NCBI GenBank assembly: GCA_964016885.1
Contig: OZ024746.1
Coordinates: 29,326,001 to 29,390,000 of the forward strand
Direction: 5' to 3'
Source: Eledone cirrhosa
Taxonomy: Eukaryota
Length of the DNA: 64,000 nucleotides
In this document: positions 52,581 through 64,000 of the stretch, in pieces
Layout: every line of letters begins with the position of its first letter
Position numbering within the stretch: position 1 is the stretch's first letter
Program-made: the position numbers and the translations under genes
Notes under the pieces: model-generated
Database searches by the model: none
What the model was told of the DNA's origin: nothing
The model's input: the letters and a program-made list of their open reading frames with translations, nothing else

Positions 52581-52581
<1 letters not shown>
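51449..52581. mobile_element. Penelope-like element remnant: GIY-YIG 3' end plus pLTR, with an inverted pLTR copy
   Basis: 51895-52204 encodes CKTRNVVYSIRC...YIGETARSVGERINEH...RQITEAINIK. About 320-bp inverted arms, each with a hammerhead (51663-51706 -, 52385-52428 +). Both ends abut (TA)n. Confidence 0.88.
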
Positions 52582-52611
<30 letters not shown>

Positions 52612-53094
52612 TAGTCAAAATAACGGAGCAAAGTACTCGCGTATAATTCCTGTAATGAAAAACACACTCTTCTGTGTTTTTCCCCTCTATATATTGTATT
52701 TTATATATATATATATATATTCCTTTTTTTCCTTTCTATTCCTTTGTTTCATTCATGAGACTTTCTTGCCATACAAAGCACCACATTTTTTGCCTGATGT
52801 CACGTAAAATTCTATGTGTACTTGTTATAGTTTAATTGCTGTACATTAATGTTTTGTCTTGTCTCTTACTCCACTGGACAGTGCATCGGCTTGTCAGACG
52901 CTATGATGCCGAAGTGACCGCCAGTAACTATTTTATGGGTCGAAACTCCCAAAATACATCTCAACGGCCGATGATCCTGGAATTATGTGTCTTTCGTTTG
53001 CATTTTTATTTTTTCTTTAAAAAAATGTTTCGTTTTGCTTTCTTTTCGTTCCTTGTCTTGTATCTTTGTTAATTTTCCTAAGTTTATCATACAT

Positions 53095-53714
53095 ATAGTC
53101 ATCATGCTTTTCAGAAACTTGGATCAGCGAAAATAGTGCAACGGGACACGTATGGTTATGACTAAACTACAGCGTCACATTATCAAAGCCCAAATCCTCA
53201 CTAGATGTGGAAAGGGAGACATCGTATTATTACCTAGAATGCCACTAATACCAACAGATCTACCCTTTGTTTCAAAGGATTGCAATTTCCAGTAAGAGTC
53301 AGTGATGTAATGACCATTAACAAGTCCCAAGATCAAACACTGCAGGATGTCGATCTCCGTCTAGAAGAGGGCTGTTTCTCAAATAGTCACTTGTATGTAG
53401 ATTATTCCAGATAAGGAAAACCCCATAAACTCTTCATATATGCTCCAAAGAAAAAAGTTAAAATTATTGTATATACTGAAGTTCTGTAAATGTTTTATAA
53501 TTTTCATAGAATATACTTTTCTTTTATTTTCTTTATTACTTTCTGTATTAAGATAGTCTAAATACATTTTTTAAATTATGTTATGCAATATTTAAATAGC
53601 CTTTAACATCTTTTATTCTAAGGCAGATGGACACTACGATAGATGACAGTACATACCTTATGAATAGATTTGAGCACAGTACAGACCGGGGCAATGGCTG
53701 GGAAGCAGCTATAG
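53095..53714 (+). mobile_element. Helitron remnant: PIF1-helicase C-terminus plus 3' terminus
   Basis: Manual translation gives IMLFRNLD..CNGTR..LPRMPLIPTDLPF..LQFPVRV..MTINKSQDQTL..CFSNSHLYV. Ends in ccggggcaatggctggg...ctatag before (TA)n. Confidence 0.85.
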
Positions 53715-53743
53715 TATATATATATATATATATATATATATAC

Positions 53744-53825
<82 letters not shown>

Positions 53826-55026
53826 CAACACCAACAGCAATTGGCTGAATGAGAGATAATTTTGTTTATATAATGTAATACACACACACAAAAGGATCAG
53901 CGAATGATTTATTGAAAATGTCATGAAGGATTAGCCATTACTACATAAATATCGCAGAGTGATGGGAAGACAATGGAAACCCTCGCAGTTCTTAATGAAA
54001 TAAAAGTTAGAAGACATAACAAAAACGTGGAGAATTAGACGATGTGTGTAGGATATTGCAAAGGAAGTCATTTTTTTTCTTCTTTCGTTTGTACAATGGC
54101 CGCCAACGAGAAAGTGAGATAATAATGCCATATTGTATGCGTTTTGAAAAGTGTCATGATTTGTATGAACACAACATGTTATCTATTTCCAACTGAATGA
54201 AATATTTTTGTAGAACCTTAGCTTAACAAAATAGCTGTAAACCATGGCCTAACAATGAAATATAAATAGGGAAAAATATAATGAAGTGAAATGAAATAAT
54301 AAAAATGAAAGTAAATAGATAGATCTTGCACACAAACACACTTAACTCCATCTCATGCTGGATGGGCAATGAGCAGTAGATGGAGATAAAAAAAGAACAA
54401 CACGGAGACAAAAAATAAATGAAAGCATGTTTTATTTGTTTGGATATATGTATGTTTGTTACACACACACGCACACACATACACACATACACACACACAC
54501 ACATACACATACATATATATACATATATCATTCTTACATTTATATATTTCAATGAAAACAATCGTGGAGTTATTTTCGATTGTTGGAAGGAGCAGTAAGA
54601 ATAGTAGTTAGTGTTTGTTGAGTCACCATAGTTCAGACCTCATACCTCCTGGCTCCCCGACAGATTCCGTTATACAACCATATAAATCACCTGCAGATGG
54701 GGAAGTTATGTTGAATCGTATAATACAGGAAATAACTATGGACCTTTTTAGAATAAGAAGGGTATTTTAGAGATGAGTAGAAAAAGAATCGGGGATATAT
54801 ATATGTGTGCGTTTATATATATATAGATATATACAATTCTCAGGGCGAAACAGATTAAATCTCTAATCTGTCCGGGAGATGAAATAGTTATTGAAACGGT
54901 CTGCACATTTTACTCTATATCCTGTATTTTCCGTTTGCTTCAGGTTAAATCTGCCAAACCACGTAGTATGTTAACCCTCGTAATTTTTTAAACACCCAAT
55001 TTACTGTATTTATTACTATATATATA

Positions 55027-55089
<63 letters not shown>

Positions 55090-55092
<3 letters not shown>

Positions 55093-55607
55093 CGTTTCTG
55101 AATTTGTTTAGCAAGATTCTTTATCTGAAATCGTGTGTTGAAACCGATATTGTTATACTTTGGGAGGGTCATGTTGCCAATAAGAAACACACGCACCAGT
55201 TGCTTTCACTTCAATTTAATTTATTAAATATTTATAAATTTACAAATTTATAAATTTCTGGTTGGTTGGTTGGTTCCACAACCAGATAGTTGTTTATATA
55301 TATATAGTCATAGTTCTTTCGTCACACACTCTGTGACCTCTTCAGTGACTGGGGATTTCGTTCTTCGTTTCTGTGTCTTTCCTTTCTTCTATCCTACGCC
55401 ATTTTTTCCCCAGTCACTGAAGAGGTCACAGAGTGTGTGACGAAAGAACTATGACTATATATATATAAACAACTATCTGGTTGTGGAACCAACCAACCAA
55501 CCAGAAATTTATAAATTTGTAAATTTATAAATATTTAATAAATTAAATTGAAGTGAAAGCAACTGGTGCGTGTGTTTCTTATTGGCAACATGACCCTCCC
55601 AAAGTAT

Positions 55608-55614
<7 letters not shown>
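55090..55614. mobile_element. Fold-back pair of the same pLTR family with two hammerheads
   Basis: About 205-bp inverted arms. agtca-CTGAAGA-g-gtcaca gagtg tgtgac-GAAAGAACTA|tgact at 55412-55456 (+) and 55306-55350 (-). (TA)n on both flanks. Confidence 0.85.
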
Positions 55615-55686
<72 letters not shown>

Positions 55687-55901
55687 ATAGATCAAAGAGT
55701 AAACAGTTTTAATGCCTTCATCTTTTTAATAATTGTTTCTACTTTTGGCACAAACCCGCCAATTACCTAGTGCATTACTGGTACTTTATTTTATCGACCC
55801 CGTAAAGATGAAAGGTAAAGTTAACCTCGGCGGGTTAAGAATGTGAATACAAGCGTCAATAGCAGCGTAAAATAGATGACCAATATAGCTTGACAATAAA
55901 T

Positions 55902-55984
<83 letters not shown>

Positions 55985-56457
55985 ACATATTGTATATTTA
56001 ATCATATGCGGGATGTTTATAAAAGACATTTGGAAGGCCTTTCGCTTTGAAGTTTAGGGTTGTGACGATCGTCAGATATCTAACTTCAGTAAAGACACTG
56101 TTTCTCACATATTTGTCGCTATCAAGATTACATATCTCCCTGCTTTTGCTGAGGCTAAAGTAAGCTAGATTCTTATAGAATTCTGCTTATGTTTATGAAC
56201 TGATGAAAGTCATTTGCATACGGAGTGGTAGCCGGCCCGGCATAAATTAATAATTCGTATTGATTCTCCGGCATAGCGGGGTATATTATTAAATATACAA
56301 TACGTACATTTATATGTATATCGCTGCTTTGTCGGAGCACCAATACAAATATATATATACATATTCATTAGTTAAGCAAAACAAGGCCACGAATTTCACA
56401 AGGATGACATTATTAAAAGATTGTCAACATATTTTAGTTTGATGTAAGGAATGTAGA

Positions 56458-56535
<78 letters not shown>

Positions 56536-56556
56536 TAATAATAATAATAATAATAA

Positions 56557-57420
56557 TGTTGACAAAACTTTAACCCATCAGTGGTTGGCATCCTCTGGAC
56601 TGAAATCGGAGACTGAAGGACTGATTATATCGGCACAAGATCAGTGTCTGCCAACAAAAAATTACCAAGCCAACATAATAAAAAATGGGTGCAGCCCATT
56701 ATGCCGTGTATGCAAAAAACAACCAGAGACCATTGACCATATAATTTCAATGTGCAGTCCTATAGCTCCAACCGAATACCTAAACAGGCATGACAGAGCT
56801 GCACAATACATACATTGGATAATGTGTAAGCATTTTGACCTGCCCCATCAAAAGAATTGGTGGGAGCATCAACCACCTCCCATACTTGAAAAAGATCACA
56901 TCTCAATCTTGTGGAACTTTAGCATCCAAACAGACCGAAAAATAGATGCAAATAGACCTGATATAAAATTGAAGGACTTTAAAAAGAGGGTATGCCTGCT
57001 AATTGATATGTCTGTTCCAATAGACAAGAATGTATCTATAAAAACATTTGAAAAATTGAGCAAGTATAAGGACCTGGAGATAGAAATTGGAAAAATGTGG
57101 AAATTTAGAACTAAAACAATACCAGTGGTTGTAGGCGCTCTGGGAATGATACCTAAGGGGTCTAACGACTACTTATCGCAAATCCCAGGAAACCCGCGTA
57201 TAGGAGAAATACAAAAGATAGTACTAATGGGAACTGCCCATATACTAAGGAAGATCCTGTCAATATAAGTACATCACAAGTCTAAACACTAAGGATGCAT
57301 GTGTGAATATGTATGTTCTTTCTTGAACATGGCGGACCTTGTTGTCTCTTGAGGTTGTGACTTGGTGATAACTCGTATGAACATAAAGCAAGATAAATGC
57401 AAATAATAATAATAATAATG
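56557..57420 (+). mobile_element. R4/Dong-clade 3' fragment with open RLE domain (56585-57268)
   Basis: SETEGLIISAQDQ, CRVC..ETIDHIISMC, RHD, NRPDI, IDMSVP, EKLSKYKDL and PVVVGALG. (AAT)n on both sides. Confidence 0.92.
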
Positions 57421-58062
57421 TCCGTTTACAATTGTTTCGCAACTCCATATAATATTTCTGGATCAGATGACTATATATCATTATTGATCTGGTTCAGTTG
57501 AAAATAACATATTTAAAAACAGAGCGGCTCATCGGAACTTCAAATAAGGAGAGAATGTTACATAATGTAGTGTTCCATATATTGGTGTTTCACTATGGTG
57601 TCCTGGTTGTATCAGTTGTCAGCCATAATCAAGCCATAATCAAGCTGCGAGTAGCGAAACAATTGTGACTTTGCCTTTCATCCTTACGGGGTCGATAAAA
57701 TAAAGTACCAGTAATGCACTGAATAATTGCTGGTCTTGTGCCTAAAGTAGAAACAATTATTATTATTATTCTCTACATTCCTTACATCAAACTAAAATAT
57801 GTTGACAATCTTTTAATAATGTCTTTCTTGTGAAATTTGTGGCCTTGTTCTGCTTAACTAATGAATATTTCCAGCTCTGCGCACCTAACTTCTGCACGAA
57901 CCCAGCCACCTAGCTGCTTTCTACTGCATATTGCACATGCCTTTACGCTTTGGCTTCTAACAAATTCACCAATCTCTCCTCTCCTATCTTCTCTCCTATC
58001 TCCATCTCTCTCTTTAAGATTGGTTACTTTGAACTGTGTATATACATACATATATACATATA

Positions 58063-58385
58063 TGAAACAAAATGGCGTAGGACAGAACAAAGGAGAGGCA
58101 CAGAAACAAAGAAAGGAATCCCCAGTCACTGAAGAGGTCACAGAGTGTGTGACGAAAGGACTATGACTATATATAAACAACTATCTGGTTGTGGAACCAA
58201 CCAACCAACCAGAAATTTATAAATTTATAAATTTGTAAATTTATAAATAGATAATAAATTGAAGTGAAAGCAACTGGTGCGTGTGTTTCTTATTGGCAAC
58301 ATGACCCTCCCAAAGTATAACAATATCGGTTTCAACACACGATTTCAGATAAAGAATCTTGCGAAACAAATTCAGAAACGAAATA
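58063..58385 (+). mobile_element. Solo 5'-truncated pLTR of the same family with hammerhead (58124-58168)
   Basis: Near-identical to the arms at 51449-51770 and 55090-55405. Ends in (TA)n. Confidence 0.85.
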
Positions 58386-58400
58386 TATATATATATATAT

Positions 58401-58933
58401 ATGATAAAGAACACAAGAGCGTCTACAACATCAATATTTTTTTATTGGCTTACAATGTTTCTTCCTTACGTAACCGTAGGATTCTTCAGAGCTATAAAAT
58501 ATTATACATTATTAACTATAGATTATTATTATTCTTATTCCATTTCTAATTACCTCATGTACTTTCTCCTCCATTATATATATATTGTATGCCCTTTGTG
58601 TGTGTGTAGCCTCTGCAAACCCTCTGCACCCTACTATCGATGCCACCCCATCTATGGCTCCACTAACCACTCCACTCCCGGGAATGAATATGACCACAGC
58701 TAGTAAACAAGGACTCACACCCCACCCTCCCACACCAAAATTAGACTTATCGTCCCCTGCTTTTGCTCTTTACTCTCTTTACTCTTTGTTCTTGAATGTT
58801 TGGTTGGTAGAGTCCATAACACCAATCAAACCCCTTTTATAGCTCTGAGGAATCCTACGGTTACGTAAGGAAGAAACATTGTAAGCCAATAACATTTTTT
58901 TGATGTTGTAAACGCTCTTGTGTTCTTTATCAT
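58401..58933. mobile_element. Fold-back element with about 98-bp inverted arms, each carrying a hammerhead
   Basis: gct-CTGAGGA-atcctacg gtta cgtaaggaa-GAAACA T TGTA|agc at 58842-58887. The mirror copy at 58448-58493 has CTGAAGA. Confidence 0.8.
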
Positions 58934-59028
58934 ATATACGGCTCTGCTCCAAAGCATAGAGCTAATTATTATGCTGCCAATACCTTAATGGGACACGGGT
59001 ATACAATACCTAACTCCTATTAACCTAA

Positions 59029-59119
<91 letters not shown>

Positions 59120-59804
59120 CATAGCGGGAGGTGGCCGCAGTTAAATAAGTTACTCAATACATTAGTAGAGTATAGGTATCTTTATTTTATAATAGAAATG
59201 AGTGTTAGATGATAAGAACTGTTTGATTTGTAAGAAATCATGAACGTTAAAATCGATGGAGGTCCATTCAATATTGATACACATCACTTAGCAGGGCTGA
59301 AATATGGCGGCGGCCTATAGAATTATTCAACAGAAAGTATTAATTTGTATAATGGAAGGACGTAGGCTATTTTGATTCAAAGTTGTTGTAACCAACCATT
59401 ATAATACATGTGTGTTTGTATATTTATTTACATATTTCTCTGTCTGTAACTTACACACACATAAAGAAAATGCATTTCCTATCTCAATCATGTTGCTACA
59501 ATAAGAGATTCGAGTTCCAGTCACAGACTCCAGGGTTCTAATCCATCATATATTTATCCCTGTAAATATTTATTTCTCTAGTTACTCATACATTTAATCT
59601 TGTAAGTCGTTTGTACATATATGGTGAATATCTATGTATCTACATCATAGAAATAAATTATTAAAGTACTTTTTAATAAGTCCCACGTATCAGTAATCAA
59701 TACAAATTATAGGGTTTCTCTTATGCAATCCATAAATGTATGAAAAAAGCAAATTTGCCAGGTTTTATTTTTCATATATCCATTAATCCTGGTATATATA
59801 TATA

Positions 59805-60210
59805 TGGCAGATCTGTCAACTCTCCCCGTCCGATGGGGAGATCTCCTATCCAGTTTGGGGTGGGTGAAAGATATCTTCTCTTATGAAAATGGATATAACT
59901 TTCATTATGTAAAATCTCCCCAAGGGCGGTGGATTGGCAGTATCGGTAGAGGGTCGGACGCCATGCTTTCCAGCATAGTTACGTCCCTTTACGATCTGAG
60001 TTCAAATCCCGCCGAGGTTAACTTTGCCTTTCATCCTTACGGCGTCGATAAAATAAAGTACCAGTAATGCACTGGGTAATTGCTGGCCTTGTGCCTAAAG
60101 TAGAAACAATTATGTAAAATCTCCCCATTTTGCCTCATTTCTCCCCGTTTGGGGGCCCTTTTTTTCATGGTACTCCCCGGTTGGGTTTTTAAAGGTTGGC
60201 AGGTCTGGTA
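59805..60210. mobile_element. Small DNA-transposon derivative (hAT-like TIR) interrupted by a SINE
   Basis: Termini cagatctgtcaac ... gttggcaggtctg. Confidence 0.55.
59922..60112 (+). mobile_element. Full-length tRNA-derived SINE (Meta-domain-like) with TSD
   Basis: A box tggcagtatcggtag, B box gagttcaaatccc, central gcctttcatccttacgg.gtcgataaa and TSD attatgtaaaatctcccca. Confidence 0.9.
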
Positions 60211-60336
60211 TGGTATGCCGATCCTGGACTCCAGAAATTAAAAGCGTTCAACGTAAAGGCCATCATTATTGACGGCAATGGTTCACTGGATGATTTCCAT
60301 TCCGAAATTATACACACACACACACACACACACATA

Positions 60337-60421
<85 letters not shown>

Positions 60422-60618
60422 CTAACATATTAAAGTTTAAGCAAACAATCGCTGCTTTCACCCTTCAGAAGATCCCGTAAAGGTTGAAAGCAGCGATTCT
60501 TTGCTTAAACTTTAATCTGTTATTCTAATAAATATTTGCTCTAGGGTTCTTATATATTTGATATATATTTATGCTTATTGAGCCCTCTTTGGATTTTAGT
60601 CTTCGCATTTATTATTAT

Positions 60619-60674
<56 letters not shown>

Positions 60675-60677
<3 letters not shown>

Positions 60678-60874
60678 GTATAATAAACAATATAATATAA
60701 TTACCTCATTACCAGAGGTTTCCCGAATAAGACGAATACAAGAAACGTCCGCATTCGTTCGTCAGACAAGGCAATTGCCTTGTCTGACGAACGAATGCGG
60801 ACGTTTCTTGTATTCGTCTTATTCGGGAAACCTCTGGTAATGAGGTAATTATATTGTATTGTTTATTATACATT
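60675..60874. repeat. 200-bp spacerless palindrome containing a hammerhead on each strand
   Basis: 100-bp arms centred on ggcaa|ttgcc, with one mismatch seen. gccttgt-CTGACGA-acgaat...attcgg-GAAACC TCT GGTA|atgaggt. Confidence 0.85.
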
Positions 60875-60945
60875 AAATTTAACTCTGTAACTTACATAGA
60901 GCACTCTTCACTCCTATGACTTTTTCAATTTTCAACGGAAACAAT

Positions 60946-61028
<83 letters not shown>

Positions 61029-61253
61029 CAGTGAACAGAAATTATTCTCCAACGCAAAAGCATGATTCAAGGCATTGTAACAAGAGCTGTCAGATATTCT
61101 AATTGTTGGCATGCAGTAATGTGGTTTGAACGTGAAGAATCTTAAGAGAACGTCTTCTAAGCTGTCAAATTTGTCGTTTTCTTCTGAGAAGAGCGAGATG
61201 AGAGCGTATTGTGTATACAAAGTGTCAACATATCAACAACATCCTTATATACA

Positions 61254-61430
<177 letters not shown>

Positions 61431-61548
61431 GAATGTGTGTGTATATATATATATATACGCACACATTACACACACACACATATGTATATACACTCATATA
61501 CATGGGTATATATATGAAAATTGCAAACTTGACTGTCACCACAGAATA

Positions 61549-61587
61549 TGAACCTGAAGATTGCTCAAGCATGAAAGTACTTGTTCA
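61549..61587 (+). ncRNA. Type I minimal hammerhead
   Basis: tgaac-CTGAAGA-ttgc tcaa gcat-GAAAGTACTT|gttca. Palindromic stem III (AGTACT) and 5-bp stem I. Confidence 0.7.
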
Positions 61588-61827
61588 ATTAACATTTAAC
61601 GTTTAATATTCTACCATACTATTTCATTATAATATCATTATAATTTTAAAGGATTGTAAATAAAACAAGTAAATCAGACAAAGTAGGAATTCCTTTTATT
61701 AATATATATATAAATGTTTGAATATGTATAATGAAGCCAAAACAATGCAGGTATGGACATAGAAAAAAGAATGCAATTGCAAAAGATATTGTTGACAATT
61801 CGTCCTTTACCTTAGATTTATTTAAAT

Positions 61828-61866
61828 GTCCTTAATTTTCGAGATAATATCTCTTCTTCAAAGGGA
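61828..61866 (-). ncRNA. Hammerhead candidate (U3-G8)
   Basis: cct-TTGAAGA-agagata t tatctc-GAAAATTA|agg. Confidence 0.55.
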
Positions 61867-62390
61867 AATAAAGGTCTCAAACCAGCCTTCTAAATATCTT
61901 GCCAAGCCATGCTGACAGGAAACAGTATAGAGTATCTGTTCTATAACCTCCTCCTTAATATATATATATATATGGTGGCTGCCAACTCGTTTTCGAGTAC
62001 GGCCACTACTTTATATCCATGTAGGAGAACCCCTACCGATGCGCTGAACGAGTGTGACTTTTTAGTCCAGCCAGCGACTTGAAAACTCTGGTACAAACAC
62101 TACACTTGTGACAATTATTGACACATAGTGCTGGGCCCATGGTACCATGTGACGACCAGTGCAGAGAGATCTCCAGATATAAAGCAATGACTGTGCCGTG
62201 AAGCTTTTATAGTGAGCAAAGGCACTGCACAAAGCCAGTCCCACTCTTTTAACCAAGATGATATTTACCAAAAAGAAGAACAAGTCAACATCATTGGATA
62301 CCATCAGGGTTGCAGGTGTTATATCAGAGTTTTCCTTCTCCTAGAATTCTGCCTTGACAAAGGCTAAGGGGTCATCTATATATATATACA

Positions 62391-62424
<34 letters not shown>

Positions 62425-63045
62425 CATACATACATATGTGTGTGTGTGTGTTTTTTTGGGGGGGTGGGGGGTGTATGTGTGCGCGTTTATATATGCATAC
62501 ATATGTGCGTGTGTGTTTATACATATATACATATGTATATATACATCTCTTGAAATACAACGCAATGTATTTTTTTTTTCTTTCTTAAGAGATTTTTCCC
62601 AATTCATATCGAATATGTTTTACTTGGGGCAACATATCTCTACGATCTAACAATGTTTCAATATCTTTCTACGGTTATATTGAGCGTGAAAGTATTTGCA
62701 GCGGTGGGATGCGATGGGGGAGGTTTGTAAATGTTAATCGATAATCATTGGACATTATTTGCAGACATATCATAACCGTTTGGTTAAGAAGCTTGCATCA
62801 CATTCATTTAGTTGTGCGTTCGAAACCACAGATTGTCTAAAAGCTGATGGGAGTATTTAAATGTTTGTATGATCTCCTCTCGACCCTTATATTCTTTTAC
62901 TCCTTTCTTCCTATCACTTCTGCGAGCCAATACAGTTCTAGCCACCGATTTCTATCCTTTAAAGTAAATTTTACCCGACACCCTCATTGTCAGCATTTTG
63001 CAGTTTTAACAGCTTCCTTGGGTTGAGTTTTTCCCATTATCCTAC

Positions 63046-63119
<74 letters not shown>

Positions 63120-63510
63120 TCGCACGCACACACACACACACACACACATTATATATATATATATATATACATATACATATCTGTGTGTGTGTGCATATAT
63201 ATATATGATTAATTCATAAGAAATCACTTGCAAATATATATGTGTATTTTTATATATACATATGAACACGCTTACATACACACGTGTTGGCACATTCACA
63301 TGTTTAATCTGATAAGTAACACTGATATCTGGAATATTGTCTGCTTCCAATATTGAATCTAAAGATGATAAGAATAAGACACAGGAAATAGAAAGCCGCC
63401 ACTACCACCACCCCCACTACCAATACCATATTCCCTCCTACTTCACCACCCACACTACCACCATTGAAACCACACACCCACCCTACAACTACACTCTCTT
63501 GCTTTGTTCA

Positions 63511-64000
63511 TGCCAGTTCTCTGTGGTACAGGTGAGAGGGGCCCAGATGGTGGCTGAAACGACGAGTGGTCACCTATCTTATTGATGCTAGTTCTCTGTG
63601 ATACAGGTGAGAGGGGCTCAGATGGTGGCTGAAACGACGAGTGGTTACCTATCTTATTGATGCCAGTTCTCTGTGATACAGGTGAGAGGGGCCCAGATGG
63701 TGGCTGAAACGACGAGTGGTCACCTATCTTATTGATGCCAGTTCTCTGTGATACAGGTGAGAGGGACCCAGATGGTGGCTGAAACGACGAGTGGTCACCT
63801 ATCTTATTGATGCTAGTTCTCTGTGATACAGGTGAGAGGGACCCAGATGGTGGCTGAAACGACGAGTGGTCACCTATCTTATTGATGCTAGTTCTCTGTG
63901 ATACAGGTGAGAGGGGCCCAGATGGTGGCTGAAACGACGAGTGGTCACCTATCTTATTGATGCTAGTTCTCTGTGGTACAGGTGAGAGTGGCTCAGATGG
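63511..64000. repeat. 75-bp tandem repeat, at least 6.5 copies, truncated by the window end
   Basis: Units start at 63511, 63586, 63661, 63736, 63811, 63886 and 63961. Confidence 0.95.

Noticed and set aside
54860-54910. Hammerhead-like ...gaaacggtc string; a similar one at about 52900-52950
   Set aside because: The CUGANGA core and stem I are not recoverable.
59922-60010. tRNA gene
   Set aside because: The A and B boxes belong to a SINE head; there is no cloverleaf.
63511-64000. CRISPR-like regular array
   Set aside because: No unique spacers, eukaryotic context and no cas genes.

Overview
Eukaryotic, AT-rich, microsatellite-saturated DNA. The SINE families and repeat landscape suggest an octopus/coleoid mollusc (inference). 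Only one convincing host gene is present: a single-exon minus-strand GT61 glycosyltransferase (25179-26810) whose motifs resemble plant N-glycan core beta-1,2-xylosyltransferase. The rest is mobile DNA: tRNA-derived SINEs, L1/Tx1-clade and R4/Dong-clade LINE fragments at (AAT)n, RTE fragments, Helitrons, MITEs, Penelope-like elements and minisatellites. The most striking pattern is more than 15 type I hammerhead ribozyme motifs, intact or degenerate, from about 8 unrelated sequence families, including a U3-A8 core variant. Many lie in Penelope-type pLTR fragments arranged as 'tail-out' fold-back palindromes inside (TA)n tracts. Most ORFs in the track are microsatellite artefacts. All alignments and folds were done by eye, so element boundaries are approximate.
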